Positions 54,145 through 63,885 of a stretch of DNA of 64,000 bases are shown one piece after another. This stretch comes from Leptolyngbyaceae cyanobacterium (GTDB lineage: Bacteria > Cyanobacteriota > Cyanobacteriia > Phormidesmidales > Phormidesmidaceae). The translations under genes were made by a program, and so were the position numbers. The first letter of the stretch is position 1. Each line of letters starts with the position of its first letter. Below the pieces are notes generated by a model, which saw nothing but the letters and a program-made list of their open reading frames with translations, did not search any database and was not told where the DNA came from. The stretch covers positions 18,255 through 82,254 of the forward strand of contig CBDHHL010000035.1 of NCBI GenBank assembly GCA_965263355.1. The letters run 5' to 3'.

Positions 54145-56091
54145 CTATTCAGCAATAAACAGCCGATGGGATGGCCGAGTCATTGCTACATACAAAAGTT
54201 GATTGCGCTCATATACCCTTTGAAACTTCTCTGTCCCAGGTAGCTGAACCGTATTTACTTTCTTGTTTGTCAAAATATTCGCAGCATCGACAAATACGTT
54301 ACGGAAAGTAGAGCCCTGACTTTTATGAACTGTAAGGCTATAGGCATAATCAACGTAGGCAAACTGAGCGCGATTTTCATGCCACTCGCGCCATAATTGC
54401 TTCTGGCCATTAACAGCCTTTTGCTTCAATTCTTTTTGAGTACGATCAAATTCTTTGCAGCAATCCTCATGTAATACAGGGATTAACTTAGATGCCCCAT
54501 CCTCAAAACGAATAATATCTAAAAACCAAACCTTCCAGCGTCCTTCCATCCCAACGGACACCCCATTGACTTCCATCTCAGCAGAAGTACTCAAAATAGT
54601 TGTATGACCACCCCCAAATGGGCTAAGAATAGAATAATGGTCTGTAGCTATTAGTCTGTCCCCTTCAACAAAACGAGGCGCACCTGTGCCACGGATAACA
54701 GTTCTAATCATTTTATTTAGCGACGCCACACGCTTGTTGGTATAGGCTAGAACCCTGCAATAATTAGGATCTTCTAGATAATTCTCTGAACGAAACAGTT
54801 TAATGATTGTTTCGTTCCAACTATCTTGAGTTAGAACGAATAACCCCTCAGATCCATCTTCTGTGTATTCAGATTCAAAGAATGGTTCGCCTCTGCGTCC
54901 AAGGTTGCTACGGATGTTGTCAGCCATTGCAGCGATTGAACCTCGATAGCGCATGACCTCTGATAGATGACTGCTGTCATTAATTTCCAAAAAGGCTTTA
55001 GACATTGCTTCATTTACTGGCGGCAATTGTGCTGGGTCACCCATAAATAAAATGCGGGTGAACATGTTTGCCTCTTCAGCCAAATATCCCCAAAGCTCCT
55101 CGTTGACCATTGAGGTTTCATCCACGACAACCAAGTCATAGTCTTGGATCACAGACTCTTCTGAATATGACTTCTTGAATCGCTGCCTACCTGTCTCATA
55201 TTCAATAACAGGTTTCAACCCAAGTAATTTGGCACAGGTGATGCATTCCACGTCTAATCGCCATCGATTCACCATGCCTCTTAGAACATTGGCAGCTTTA
55301 TTGGTAGGCGCTGTAAATACAATTCGCCCTTTATATCCTTCTGCTCTTAAATCTCTTAGCCACGCCTGGACTAAGCTGGTTTTCCCGGAGCCCGCATAAC
55401 CTGTAAGCAGGTACATAATCGACTCACCATAGGCAAACTTTTTGAGGTTGCTAAGAGCATTTAACTGGCCATCATTGGCATAAATACCAGGCAGCATTTC
55501 GTAAGGCTCACTGTCTTTATCAGCAAGTCTTTTAGTCTCTAAATAATCATTCGCCAGACTGTCAACCTGTTTAGGCCCAAAAATATCATCAGCTAGATGA
55601 TCTATTTCATCTAGCCATTCTTGGCTCTCATTGATTTGATCTAAATATCCTGATTCAATAGCATACGCAATATGACCGCATTCATTCCCATTGCTGTAAG
55701 CTTCACAGGTGCAGCTAAGCACACCTTCTCCAATTAGCTCTAACGTATACGGGCCAGTCCCTTTAGATTCATTCCATACTTGGTTGCCATCAATGCGATA
55801 ACAATTAATCCATCTTTTAGGCAGAATTATCTCAGGATCAGCTTTGCGTAATTGTCGCCAATATTTCCGGCATATCCTCCATGCATGAAATTCTTGCTTA
55901 GGGGTCAGCCCTCCGTACTGCTTGATAGCCTGTGCTAAGCTATTCCCATACTCTGTGTCAACGCCATTAAATCCAATGCCATCTATAGTGTGAGCGCCAT
56001 CACAGCTATTAGACAGAAATAAAATTGCAGACTTGATAAGCTTTGATTGAATATCTTCTTTGGTTTTTGGTTGCGATTCTTTCAGATACAT
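54145..56091 (-). CDS. Dda/RecD-like SF1B helicase with SWIM-type Zn finger
   Basis: GYAGSGKT, APTNKA, VVDETSM, GDPAQL, TVHKSQGS, YVAMTR; SCTC...CGHI. Confidence 0.9.
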   Translation of the reverse strand: MYLKESQPKTKEDIQSKLIKSAILFLSNSCDGAHTIDGIGFNGVDTEYGNSLAQAIKQYGGLTPKQEFHAWRICRKYWRQLRKADPEIILPKRWINCYRIDGNQVWNESKGTGPYTLELIGEGVLSCTCEAYSNGNECGHIAYAIESGYLDQINESQEWLDEIDHLADDIFGPKQVDSLANDYLETKRLADKDSEPYEMLPGIYANDGQLNALSNLKKFAYGESIMYLLTGYAGSGKTSLVQAWLRDLRAEGYKGRIVFTAPTNKAANVLRGMVNRWRLDVECITCAKLLGLKPVIEYETGRQRFKKSYSEESVIQDYDLVVVDETSMVNEELWGYLAEEANMFTRILFMGDPAQLPPVNEAMSKAFLEINDSSHLSEVMRYRGSIAAMADNIRSNLGRRGEPFFESEYTEDGSEGLFVLTQDSWNETIIKLFRSENYLEDPNYCRVLAYTNKRVASLNKMIRTVIRGTGAPRFVEGDRLIATDHYSILSPFGGGHTTILSTSAEMEVNGVSVGMEGRWKVWFLDIIRFEDGASKLIPVLHEDCCKEFDRTQKELKQKAVNGQKQLWREWHENRAQFAYVDYAYSLTVHKSQGSTFRNVFVDAANILTNKKVNTVQLPGTEKFQRVYERNQLLYVAMTRPSHRLFIAE

Positions 56092-56155
56092 GGCTTACTA
56101 GGGTTAACTATCGTTTGAAGGGGAGTTGTTGCGGCTCCCCCTTTTTATTGAGGGA

Positions 56156-57175
56156 TTACAATGGGATATCAGCCATAGCAACGGATTTGGTGGCAATCGT
56201 CTGGACGCCAGCCCCAACTAGTTGTTTTTGCTCTACAACCTCACCCTGAACCTGCTTCGGTTGGGCAGCAGACACTAACTTCTCTGCCTTAGGCTCACGG
56301 GAAAAGAACCCGCAATTTACGCGAATCCCGCCGCCAACTTCCTCCTTGGAGGATATATTGAATGTCAGTGGCTTATTGGCTTCCAGTGTTTTGGTGTAAA
56401 TTTTGGTATTCCTGAGAAGCACCTGTTCCAAGCGCTTCCCTTTACTCATCACAGGACCAATGCCTTCAAGATGGATTAACCAACTGCGGCCATATTCAGG
56501 GTGTGGATCATTCTCTTCGATGTCGTATACCCGATATTCGCCACACTCAAGATCATTAAGTGGCGTCCAATTTCCACCAGATGGGGGAGCCTTCAGTAAT
56601 TCAGATACTTTATCTATCTGACCTTTGGAGAACCAAGATTTTACTTTAGCTTTTTGATGGCCGATAGATGTTTCAAGTATGAATGGGACCTCAAAAGACT
56701 CATCAACAACATCAAAATATCCATCGAAATTAATCACCAAAGCTTTGATATCATTGCCATTTTCGTCTTTGGTCTCGCGCTCTTCTACGCCAACCTCGCC
56801 AACTGCTTCCCCGCATGTGATTTCAGAACCCTTGATTTGCAACATGTAAAAGTCATTGCAAATTCGCATTGTAGGGATGCCATTCTCTCCCTTGAAAATT
56901 GCAGGCCCATACACTTGCTCGATGATGCCTTCGCCGTCACACTTGACGACTAAGGCATCGTCAGACTGAGCCTCAACACACCCAGGTTTAACAGAGTCTA
57001 AAAAATAAATGTACGTTTCAATAGCCTTGAACACTTCTGGCGCATCATCAGAGCCGATCCCAACTTCGATTAGGTGAGTTATCGTTTGCTCTAGCTCCTG
57101 ACGAGTAACTGTTGAGTACCCCTTGGGGTACTCGTTGTCTTGAAGAAAAGAAAAGCTGTCAACATCGAATTTCAT
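56156..57175 (-). CDS. Putative single-stranded DNA-binding protein
   Basis: Acidic, beta-rich, ends ADIPL (like the SSB DDIPF tail); directly upstream of helicase/primase. Confidence 0.45.
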   Translation of the reverse strand: MKFDVDSFSFLQDNEYPKGYSTVTRQELEQTITHLIEVGIGSDDAPEVFKAIETYIYFLDSVKPGCVEAQSDDALVVKCDGEGIIEQVYGPAIFKGENGIPTMRICNDFYMLQIKGSEITCGEAVGEVGVEERETKDENGNDIKALVINFDGYFDVVDESFEVPFILETSIGHQKAKVKSWFSKGQIDKVSELLKAPPSGGNWTPLNDLECGEYRVYDIEENDPHPEYGRSWLIHLEGIGPVMSKGKRLEQVLLRNTKIYTKTLEANKPLTFNISSKEEVGGGIRVNCGFFSREPKAEKLVSAAQPKQVQGEVVEQKQLVGAGVQTIATKSVAMADIPL

Positions 57176-57258
57176 TGGTTTTAATCCTCATTAATTTTGT
57201 GATAATTTCTCCGGGTTTAACGCCACGCCAGAACCGGGCGAATTAATCTCATTGCCAG

Positions 57259-57927
57259 TCAGAAATCCTCCTGAAAGCAGACACTTATTAACTGTCTCCC
57301 AATCCATTCCGTGTATGCGGGAGGAATGGATTGTGCTAGCTCTGCCTGAGTCATCCATGGGATGTCCATAGCCTTTCTAGCTTCGGCAACCTTGAAGTTG
57401 TGCCCTGCAACGGTTACATAGCCCCCGACTGATAGTCGGCTCATCCCTCGATGACTACCTGTGCTCCCATCAACTGGCACAATTGGAGGACTCATCAACC
57501 AAGGATTTATTTCGAAATAACGATCTCGAATGACTTGCAATCCAAACATATTCCCCCGCAAAACAAGGGGATTGATTAAATGTTTTTTTGCGCCTGACAC
57601 GTTTTCAATTACGTACGGCTTCCCAGTGGCTTTTAATTTGTCTCTAACAGAATCAATAAGTTTGGGGGCAGTTGATTTACTGAGACTTTTTGTAACACTG
57701 TAGCTCTGGCATGGCGGGCTAGCGTGAATTACATCAAACTCAGCTATATCAAGAGTTTCTAGCGCTTCAAGCCAATCCATCTGATAAAACTCGAAGGGGT
57801 AGTGTGGCTGAGGCTCGTGATCTATGCCGACAACCTCAAACCCTGCTTTGTGATAGCCCATCGCTGCGCCACCGGCGCAACAGAATAGGTCCAAAAGTTT
57901 TCCACATTGCGTCGGTGGGTGGTTCAT
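57259..57927 (-). CDS. C5-cytosine DNA methyltransferase (short form)
   Basis: LDLFCCAGG, ASPPCQ, IENV. Confidence 0.85.
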   Translation of the reverse strand: MNHPPTQCGKLLDLFCCAGGAAMGYHKAGFEVVGIDHEPQPHYPFEFYQMDWLEALETLDIAEFDVIHASPPCQSYSVTKSLSKSTAPKLIDSVRDKLKATGKPYVIENVSGAKKHLINPLVLRGNMFGLQVIRDRYFEINPWLMSPPIVPVDGSTGSHRGMSRLSVGGYVTVAGHNFKVAEARKAMDIPWMTQAELAQSIPPAYTEWIGRQLISVCFQEDF

Positions 57928-58184
57928 CAGAAACCCTCCACCAGTTCAATGCCAAACTCTTTGTACACCCGAAATACAGCCTTTCGGTAGAGCTCGACAT
58001 TACTGCTACCAACCATCCTGTTCAGCCCGAAACATACAGGCACTCTGTGCGCACTGCGCGCAAACTCTCGGCGCAATACGCCAAGTTCGGGGAGTCGCAT
58101 AATGTTGCGGTTGGCTTCATTCAGTCGCTCGTCGAGCGAGCGGTGTTGCAGCTCAATTGGCTGCAGATCATGGATTATTTTCAT
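57927..58184 (-). CDS. Hypothetical protein
   Basis: 85 aa, coupled. Confidence 0.5.
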   Translation of the reverse strand: MKIIHDLQPIELQHRSLDERLNEANRNIMRLPELGVLRREFARSAHRVPVCFGLNRMVGSSNVELYRKAVFRVYKEFGIELVEGF

Positions 58185-58561
58185 GACTCCTCTGACGTAC
58201 TTAAAACAACTACAGCCTTGGGCTCAACTTTCTTTTTCCAGTCCAACGCAATCGTCAGGCTGGGCACCCGTCTCATGTTGTCGTCCACCAGCACTTTTGC
58301 CTGAACCAATGCGTCCAGAATCGAGCCAGCTACGTTGTCAGCATCGCCTTGGCGGTTATGCTTGCCTGTCAAGCTGATGGTTACTTCGGCCCGCTCTAGC
58401 GGAGTCCCCCGATACTGGCTGGAGATATCCGCTATCGCCAAGCGCTTCCACTCGTTATATCGATGGGGGTGGTAGGTGCCATTGGCAGTTGTTCTTGCCC
58501 TGGCCTTGGGGACGATTGGGCCAAGTAGTTCAAAGGTGTAGACGCTCACGGCTTCTCCCAA
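58181..58561 (-). CDS. rusA: RusA-family Holliday junction resolvase
   Basis: VPKARAR...GDADN...ILDAL...DD. Confidence 0.8.
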   Translation of the reverse strand: MGEAVSVYTFELLGPIVPKARARTTANGTYHPHRYNEWKRLAIADISSQYRGTPLERAEVTISLTGKHNRQGDADNVAGSILDALVQAKVLVDDNMRRVPSLTIALDWKKKVEPKAVVVLSTSEES

Positions 58562-58749
58562 AAGTGAAATGCTTTAGTCGAACCTTTCTGCACTACCCCA
58601 TCAACCGAGTAGATTGTCCCCTGGCCCAAATAATTCCAGGCCTCGTAGACGTCGTTAATGCTTTGGTCGCACGCGTCATAGCTCACCAGCTGGCCGTTAA
58701 TCAGTGCGGTGCACTTAGACGTTTTTTCGTCACTTAGCTTTATTCTCAT
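58546..58749 (-). CDS. Hypothetical protein
   Basis: 67 aa, coupled. Confidence 0.5.
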   Translation of the reverse strand: MRIKLSDEKTSKCTALINGQLVSYDACDQSINDVYEAWNYLGQGTIYSVDGVVQKGSTKAFHFWEKP

Positions 58750-59153
58750 TCTTCTTCAATCCCCAAAAACTCCAAGAGACCAGGCCCGACAACCGCTAAC
58801 CCATACCCCAAGGACAAGTCCTCAGAGTCCTTAGGTAGCCAAGCAAGCTGACGCCTATCTGGGAACCGCTTAATCACTTCAGACCTTTCAGCCGCAAAGC
58901 GCCATGGAGCTGGGCATTCTGGCGGTTCTCCAGGTGACCCTAGGCAAAGCCAAAAGCCATCCAAGGAAAATATCTTAAATGCCTCAAAATCCCCTGACTC
59001 ATCCAGTTGGGTAGACAGGATATATCGCCAGTCTGCGAGTGCGTCGCAGCAGTCGACGTATCCGTAGTAGATGTCGCGTAGGGCACTTACCCCACACGTA
59101 CTTTCTGTAAATTTGCGATAAACTGCGTACAAATATTCTGCGGGGTTTATCAT
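58746..59153 (-). CDS. Hypothetical protein
   Basis: 135 aa. Confidence 0.55.
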   Translation of the reverse strand: MINPAEYLYAVYRKFTESTCGVSALRDIYYGYVDCCDALADWRYILSTQLDESGDFEAFKIFSLDGFWLCLGSPGEPPECPAPWRFAAERSEVIKRFPDRRQLAWLPKDSEDLSLGYGLAVVGPGLLEFLGIEEE

Positions 59154-59213
59154 GACTAGAGTCCACTATCTTGTTAAACGACGGCTGAAGGCTTCAGTGG
59201 CTTCAGCCGTTTT

Positions 59214-59393
59214 TCATGCTGCTTCCCTTTCTTTGTGCGCCTCTTTCCGAAGGGCGAGCAACAATAGTTGACCGCCAATCCGCCCAAGCGATTCCCTGGA
59301 GCGAATCTGTGCCTTGTGAAGCTTCAGTTTGTCTAAAACGTCACTTGGAATCCAGAGCGCTTCTAATCTTTCCCCTGTAGTTAAAGTAGGCAT
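59214..59393 (-). CDS. Small Cro-position regulator (59 aa, below the ORF-track cutoff)
   Basis: MPTLTTGERLEALWIPSDVLDKLK...EREAA*; first gene behind the TTGCGT-17-TATAAT promoter; followed by a hairpin at about 59179-59212. Confidence 0.55.
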   Translation of the reverse strand: MPTLTTGERLEALWIPSDVLDKLKLHKAQIRSRESLGRIGGQLLLLALRKEAHKEREAA

Positions 59394-59417
59394 TTTCTTT
59401 GTGTCGCTACTTATCGA

Positions 59418-59446
59418 ATTATATAACCTCAGTTACGAAAACGCAA
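59418..59446 (-). promoter_or_regulatory. Leftward promoter of the replication operon
   Basis: TTGCGT-17nt-TATAAT. Confidence 0.7.
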
Positions 59447-59556
59447 ACGAGATTTGTTTTTTGATCCTGAATTCGTTAGTTTATGTCACGTCCAAAATTG
59501 CTGAAACCTTTCAATATTGAGGCTTTCAAAAATACAATTAGCGGAGCAAGATAGCG

Positions 59557-59982
59557 ATGGTTTGTATTGTGGATACTAAAGGGAAAACGTATAAAGGGAA
59601 GCGGTACTTTGGACAGTCAATTAATGATTTCAAGCAAAACCCTTCGTTGTGGCCGGGTTCGCTCGTTTCGTACTTTGAATCAATCCCCATAAAGGAACGG
59701 CAGCGAGGACTAACTGTATCAATGCTTTTGGACTGGCTCGCTCAAGAAACGGGCATAGAGGAGCTGTCAGAAGGTTCCAGTAAGCACAAAAGCTACGTAA
59801 CTTTATTGGGCCGCTATATAAGGTGGAGCTACAACCCAGCGGAAACAGGAGCACAGGATGTACTCCTGTTGTCAGCAATTGCGCACTGCGGAATTATCCG
59901 TGATGCTCAGGGCTTGCCACTGAACGACGTGAAGACGTTAGCGAGGTTGATGAATGGGGATTACGATGACGCAGTACTGTAG
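59557..59982 (+). CDS. Putative phage repressor (divergent from the Cro-position gene)
   Basis: 141 aa with GGAG RBS between two outward-facing promoters; no canonical HTH recognised. Confidence 0.45.
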   Translation: MVCIVDTKGKTYKGKRYFGQSINDFKQNPSLWPGSLVSYFESIPIKERQRGLTVSMLLDWLAQETGIEELSEGSSKHKSYVTLLGRYIRWSYNPAETGAQDVLLLSAIAHCGIIRDAQGLPLNDVKTLARLMNGDYDDAVL

Positions 59983-60145
59983 CTAGAGCCTCCGCGTCCC
60001 ACACAGCACATAGTCCTTTAGAATTCCGCAGGGTTAAGCAAGTTTGATCGCTTAACTCTGCGGAATTGATTTGATCTGGATTAGATAGATATTCATCTAA
60101 TCGCCTTCTATCGTCCCTATCATCCGTATTTATATAAGTGTTCAC
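59894..60145 (-). CDS. Hypothetical protein downstream of a CRP box
   Basis: 83 aa, GTG start, overlaps the 3' end of the putative repressor antisense. Confidence 0.4.
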   Translation of the reverse strand: MNTYINTDDRDDRRRLDEYLSNPDQINSAELSDQTCLTLRNSKGLCAVWDAEALATVLRHRNPHSSTSLTSSRRSVASPEHHG

Positions 60146-60223
60146 AATTGATTCTCAGGGGTTCACAGTTACTAGAATCACATGTTCGACTCAAGCGCAT
60201 TATGACCAGATAACCACAAAACA

Positions 60224-60239
60224 TGTGATTTACGTCACA
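60224..60239. promoter_or_regulatory. CRP-family binding site
   Basis: TGTGA-TTTACG-TCACA with A/T flanks. Confidence 0.65.
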
Positions 60240-60305
60240 TTCTCTAGCTGATTTACTCCGACGAAGGATAGACGTGACTCAATACATTTCTTTTCCGTAA
60301 CTCAC

Positions 60306-60334
60306 TTGCGTTTTTGAATCTGGCCTTATATACT
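60306..60334 (+). promoter_or_regulatory. Rightward early promoter
   Basis: TTGCGT-17nt-TATACT. Confidence 0.7.
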
Positions 60335-60512
60335 TATATAAGAACACAAGATCAGCTATGGCCAACATCACCGCACCTACTACGGCGGAAGAAATGGCCC
60401 GCTAAGCGCCAGCCACTATTCTTGCGCACCAGGTGTGCGTAGTGTGGCATTGCTGCAACTGCGGCTAGGCACTGAATTCGATCTCGACTGCTGTGCAGAA
60501 CTCTAGGAAGCT

Positions 60513-60845
60513 ATGAGGTACCGCATCCATACCCACAGGCAGGCTGCCTCTACCCTGTGGGAAGTCCCTGAGTACAGGCAGCATCGTTACAGCCATTTAC
60601 CAGGCCGCAACGCTGGGAAGCCAGGAGAGAGATTCCTGTGCTGGTCCCACTGCGAAAGGAAGATCAGCCTGATCAGGCTCACTCGCTGCAATGCCAAGTC
60701 TGCGGGGACGACGGTCAAGAGCCTAATGAAGGCGTATCCGTCTGAGTGGTATGTGGTTGGTATCAAAGGGGTGTGGGTGGTGTTCCCCGATGCGATTCGG
60801 TATGGGAGCGATTTACCGGAGTTTAGTTATGTAGGAGTAGCATGA
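60513..60845 (+). CDS. Hypothetical protein
   Basis: 110 aa. Confidence 0.5.
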   Translation: MRYRIHTHRQAASTLWEVPEYRQHRYSHLPGRNAGKPGERFLCWSHCERKISLIRLTRCNAKSAGTTVKSLMKAYPSEWYVVGIKGVWVVFPDAIRYGSDLPEFSYVGVA

Positions 60846-60920
60846 CGCTTTGCCCTGGTCATCGTTGACTTGCCTATGCGGCCAGGGCTTTTCTGTTGTT
60901 GTTTTTTTTGGAGAAAGATT

Positions 60921-61214
60921 GTGGAGTTTGATGTTCAAGCGTTTAAGGACGCAGTACTGCAGCGATGCAGAAAAGAGATGCCTGATACTCCGAGTGACGC
61001 GGAGGTTAGGCTGAGCATGCCTTCTAGCGACGATCCTCGCTTATGGGTAGACATTGTTAGTAACGAGTTCTACGAGAATACTGCTGCGAAGTATCAGAAA
61101 GAATTCCCAGGCGACGAGCCAATGGGTGAGCCTGTTTTTGCTCAATACATCCTAGTGAGTAATGAACTTCTGCAGGAAAAGTGCCCTGAGTTTTATGAGG
61201 CATATGGCCAATGA
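60921..61214 (+). CDS. Hypothetical protein
   Basis: GGAG RBS before GTG 60921. Confidence 0.55.
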   Translation: MEFDVQAFKDAVLQRCRKEMPDTPSDAEVRLSMPSSDDPRLWVDIVSNEFYENTAAKYQKEFPGDEPMGEPVFAQYILVSNELLQEKCPEFYEAYGQ

Positions 61215-61643
61215 ATAATCCAGTGTTCCAGCGAAACTCCCTCGGGTTTTGGTGCTGGAAAACAGCGTTGGTGCAGTCGGATACGTTGTTCCCCAGTAAA
61301 GAGGAAGCCAGAGAGGACTATCGGAGCTGGGCTGCAGTTTATAAAAATGATGAGGATTTGTTTTAACCATGCACACCCTATTGTCCATAGGTCAGCTGTT
61401 GTTAATGATCGCCGTTGCCCTCAGCGGTTGGGTGATCATTTGGAGGTTTGCGAATGCTTAGATCAAGAGGAATCCCGTTATCTGTCAATAACGAGGAGTG
61501 GGTGTACGGGACGCCCAAGAAATTTATACCAGGGTGGCCTTTGAGCCCTGTTGATACATGGGACTGGTGGAACAACTTTTATTCAAACAGAAAGAAGCAT
61601 CAGGGCAAGCGAGCCAGACGACGAAACCGATGGAGGAAACGCA

Positions 61644-61754
61644 ATGTTTGAAGTTTTAATTTTAGTAGCCACTGTCGCCCTCGCCGTACCGTTAATTATT
61701 GGGGCATTGTACGTGGTGCTTTGGCCAAGATGTGACTTTGATGGGAGGCAGTGA
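61644..61754 (+). CDS. Small single-pass membrane peptide
   Basis: GGAGG RBS; MFEVLILVATVALAVPLIIGALYVVLW. Confidence 0.5.
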   Translation: MFEVLILVATVALAVPLIIGALYVVLWPRCDFDGRQ

Positions 61755-61999
61755 CGGTGATTGATGCACTAAATCTTTCGAAGATTAACGCCTTACCTCA
61801 GCCGCTGACGGCGCAGATCAGAGGTAACGAATGGCCAATATTCGATATTGAAGTGTCATCGGCGTTGGCCCGGATCGACGTAATGAACCAGCTAGAGTGT
61901 ATTTCCTTTAGCGAAATAAGTGTGATTGTTGATGCTGATGGACAGGAACATGATCCTGATACGTTTTGGAGTGATTTTGATGGGAGGGAACGGAGATGA
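61751..61999 (+). CDS. Hypothetical protein
   Basis: 82 aa, GTGA-coupled. Confidence 0.55.
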   Translation: MTVIDALNLSKINALPQPLTAQIRGNEWPIFDIEVSSALARIDVMNQLECISFSEISVIVDADGQEHDPDTFWSDFDGRERR

Positions 62000-62358
62000 A
62001 AACAATATCTGACGAATTTCAACACGCCCATACGTTAAGTACTGAAGCCGAGTGTGATTTGAACTTAGCCCTACCTGGTGGCCCCGTCCTTAGTGGCGAT
62101 AGCTTAGCTTTTGCCGCCGCAAAATATATCAGACAGTTGATCAAAGAGCGAGTAGATCTGTTCGATAAGCCTCTTGATTGGCTTGAAAAATACGAAGATT
62201 ATCTAAGCACGGATGGCAGCTTAAGCCCTACAGAGTTTGGGGAGCTTTTGCAAGAAAAAGAAGCTCTGGAATATATGGAGGAATGGACTCCTGAGGAACA
62301 AAAGCGGCTTGAAGAAATAGACAGAATCCTAAACCCCGACGAGCCGCCGACTTACTAA
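61996..62358 (+). CDS. Hypothetical acidic protein
   Basis: 120 aa, ATGA-coupled. Confidence 0.6.
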   Translation: MKTISDEFQHAHTLSTEAECDLNLALPGGPVLSGDSLAFAAAKYIRQLIKERVDLFDKPLDWLEKYEDYLSTDGSLSPTEFGELLQEKEALEYMEEWTPEEQKRLEEIDRILNPDEPPTY

Positions 62359-62598
62359 CCCTTCACCCCAGCACAGTGCAGTCACCACAGACAGCGTGGC
62401 CGTCCGGGCAGTGCGGACCTGGGGCATCCCCTGAAAAGGGAGAATTGACAACGGAGAACAATATGCAAAACAAACCAATTACACCCCCAACCAATGGGGT
62501 GGTAGATAAGCCTGAAACAGGGTATCAGCGAGGTGAGCTACTTGGGCTCAGGGTTCAGCTATGCCTCCCGCTGCTGCCTAAAATTCAACGGGGGCAGT

Positions 62599-62802
62599 AT
62601 GGCAAAAACTCTTAGCTCTGAGCAGTGGAAGAAGCAGGTGGCCCAGACTATGGCCCAGAACATAGGGCCAACTGGAGACCAACAGACACTGGACCAATCG
62701 ATAAACGTATACGCATTGCTGGTCCAACTGCCAGCAAACACACTAGAAGAACGCGGCAGAGTGGTCCGGCAAGCAATGAACGATTACCCACAACTATTCT
62801 GA
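62599..62802 (+). CDS. Hypothetical protein
   Basis: MAKTLSSEQW..., RBS-like GGGG. Confidence 0.5.
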   Translation: MAKTLSSEQWKKQVAQTMAQNIGPTGDQQTLDQSINVYALLVQLPANTLEERGRVVRQAMNDYPQLF

Positions 62803-62805
62803 ACT

Positions 62806-63090
62806 ATGGAACAACAATCAAGCACACCTAGGGTTCTCCAATGGCCCTACAAATACAAGGGGACAAACGTAGACCTGAGCTTTGACCCTGTTACGGGAGA
62901 GTCTTTTCTTCCAAGAGTCGGCTGGGTTTCTGCTGATGTATTGAGGTCTCTCGGATACATCCAGCAATCGATCACCAAGCCACTGCCTACGTCGGCTCCC
63001 CTCTCATTTGGCGACCCTAACAAATATGAGGGCCGTTGGAGGACAACTCGAACTCGCGGGTCAAAAGAGGGGACGGGGAAGTTTATTTAA
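62806..63090 (+). CDS. Hypothetical protein
   Basis: 94 aa. Confidence 0.5.
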   Translation: MEQQSSTPRVLQWPYKYKGTNVDLSFDPVTGESFLPRVGWVSADVLRSLGYIQQSITKPLPTSAPLSFGDPNKYEGRWRTTRTRGSKEGTGKFI

Positions 63091-63102
63091 GGGTAGGAGA
63101 AA

Positions 63103-63885
63103 ATGAAGGGAAGGCCATGGGGCTCGACTATAGGGGCTCCAGCAAAAAGTCAGGCACATTTCAGTATTGACAAAACTCTAAAAGAGTGGGCATGCGAAAC
63201 TGATATGCCGATGAGCAGATTTCTTGAATTAGCGCTTCATTCGGCTAAGGCAAGATTAACCAGTCTGCTGGGAGACGATTTAAGATTCGCTGTCCTTAGA
63301 CCACTCTCGTTGGTTGAGTATGGCACGGTAAATCTCGCTTATGATGGCTACTATGCGTTTGCTGAACATGCACACTGCACATTTGCAGCGCCATACAGCA
63401 CTCAAGCTGAATCTGATTTTGTGCTTTTTGGGAGAGTGCAAAGCAGGAGAGTTGTAGACATCGAATATAGCAAAGCTATTCCTAAAGGCTCCCCAGAGGA
63501 TGCTGTTCCAGACTCGCGAAAAAAAATGATCAAGCTTTATGCGAGCGGTCTTTCTTACAGCCAAATTGCCATCAGGCTTGGCCTGGACCAAGGGTTTGTT
63601 AACTCTACTTTCTGTGAATTGAGAAAACAGTTTTTTCTCAATTCATCGTATGAAGTTTGCAAGCTTTTTGGCTATGAATGCGAAAAGGTTCGACAAACCC
63701 TGAGGATCACTGAAACAGAAGAAAACAGAATACTCAAAATGCATCATGAGGGCTGCAAAAGAGAATTCATTTGCAAACAACTGAATATCACGCACTCTCA
63801 ATACAGTGCAGCAAAAGCCAGAATCTTTAGACGCTATAACGTGACCAGCCTTAAAAAGGCATGGGCAAAGATTTCAGCTGCTTAG
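63103..63885 (+). CDS. Regulator with tandem LuxR/sigma4-like HTH domains
   Basis: LYASGLSYSQIAIRLGL and ITETEENRILKM..EG....ICKQLNI; AGGAG RBS. Confidence 0.7.
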   Translation: MKGRPWGSTIGAPAKSQAHFSIDKTLKEWACETDMPMSRFLELALHSAKARLTSLLGDDLRFAVLRPLSLVEYGTVNLAYDGYYAFAEHAHCTFAAPYSTQAESDFVLFGRVQSRRVVDIEYSKAIPKGSPEDAVPDSRKKMIKLYASGLSYSQIAIRLGLDQGFVNSTFCELRKQFFLNSSYEVCKLFGYECEKVRQTLRITETEENRILKMHHEGCKREFICKQLNITHSQYSAAKARIFRRYNVTSLKKAWAKISAA

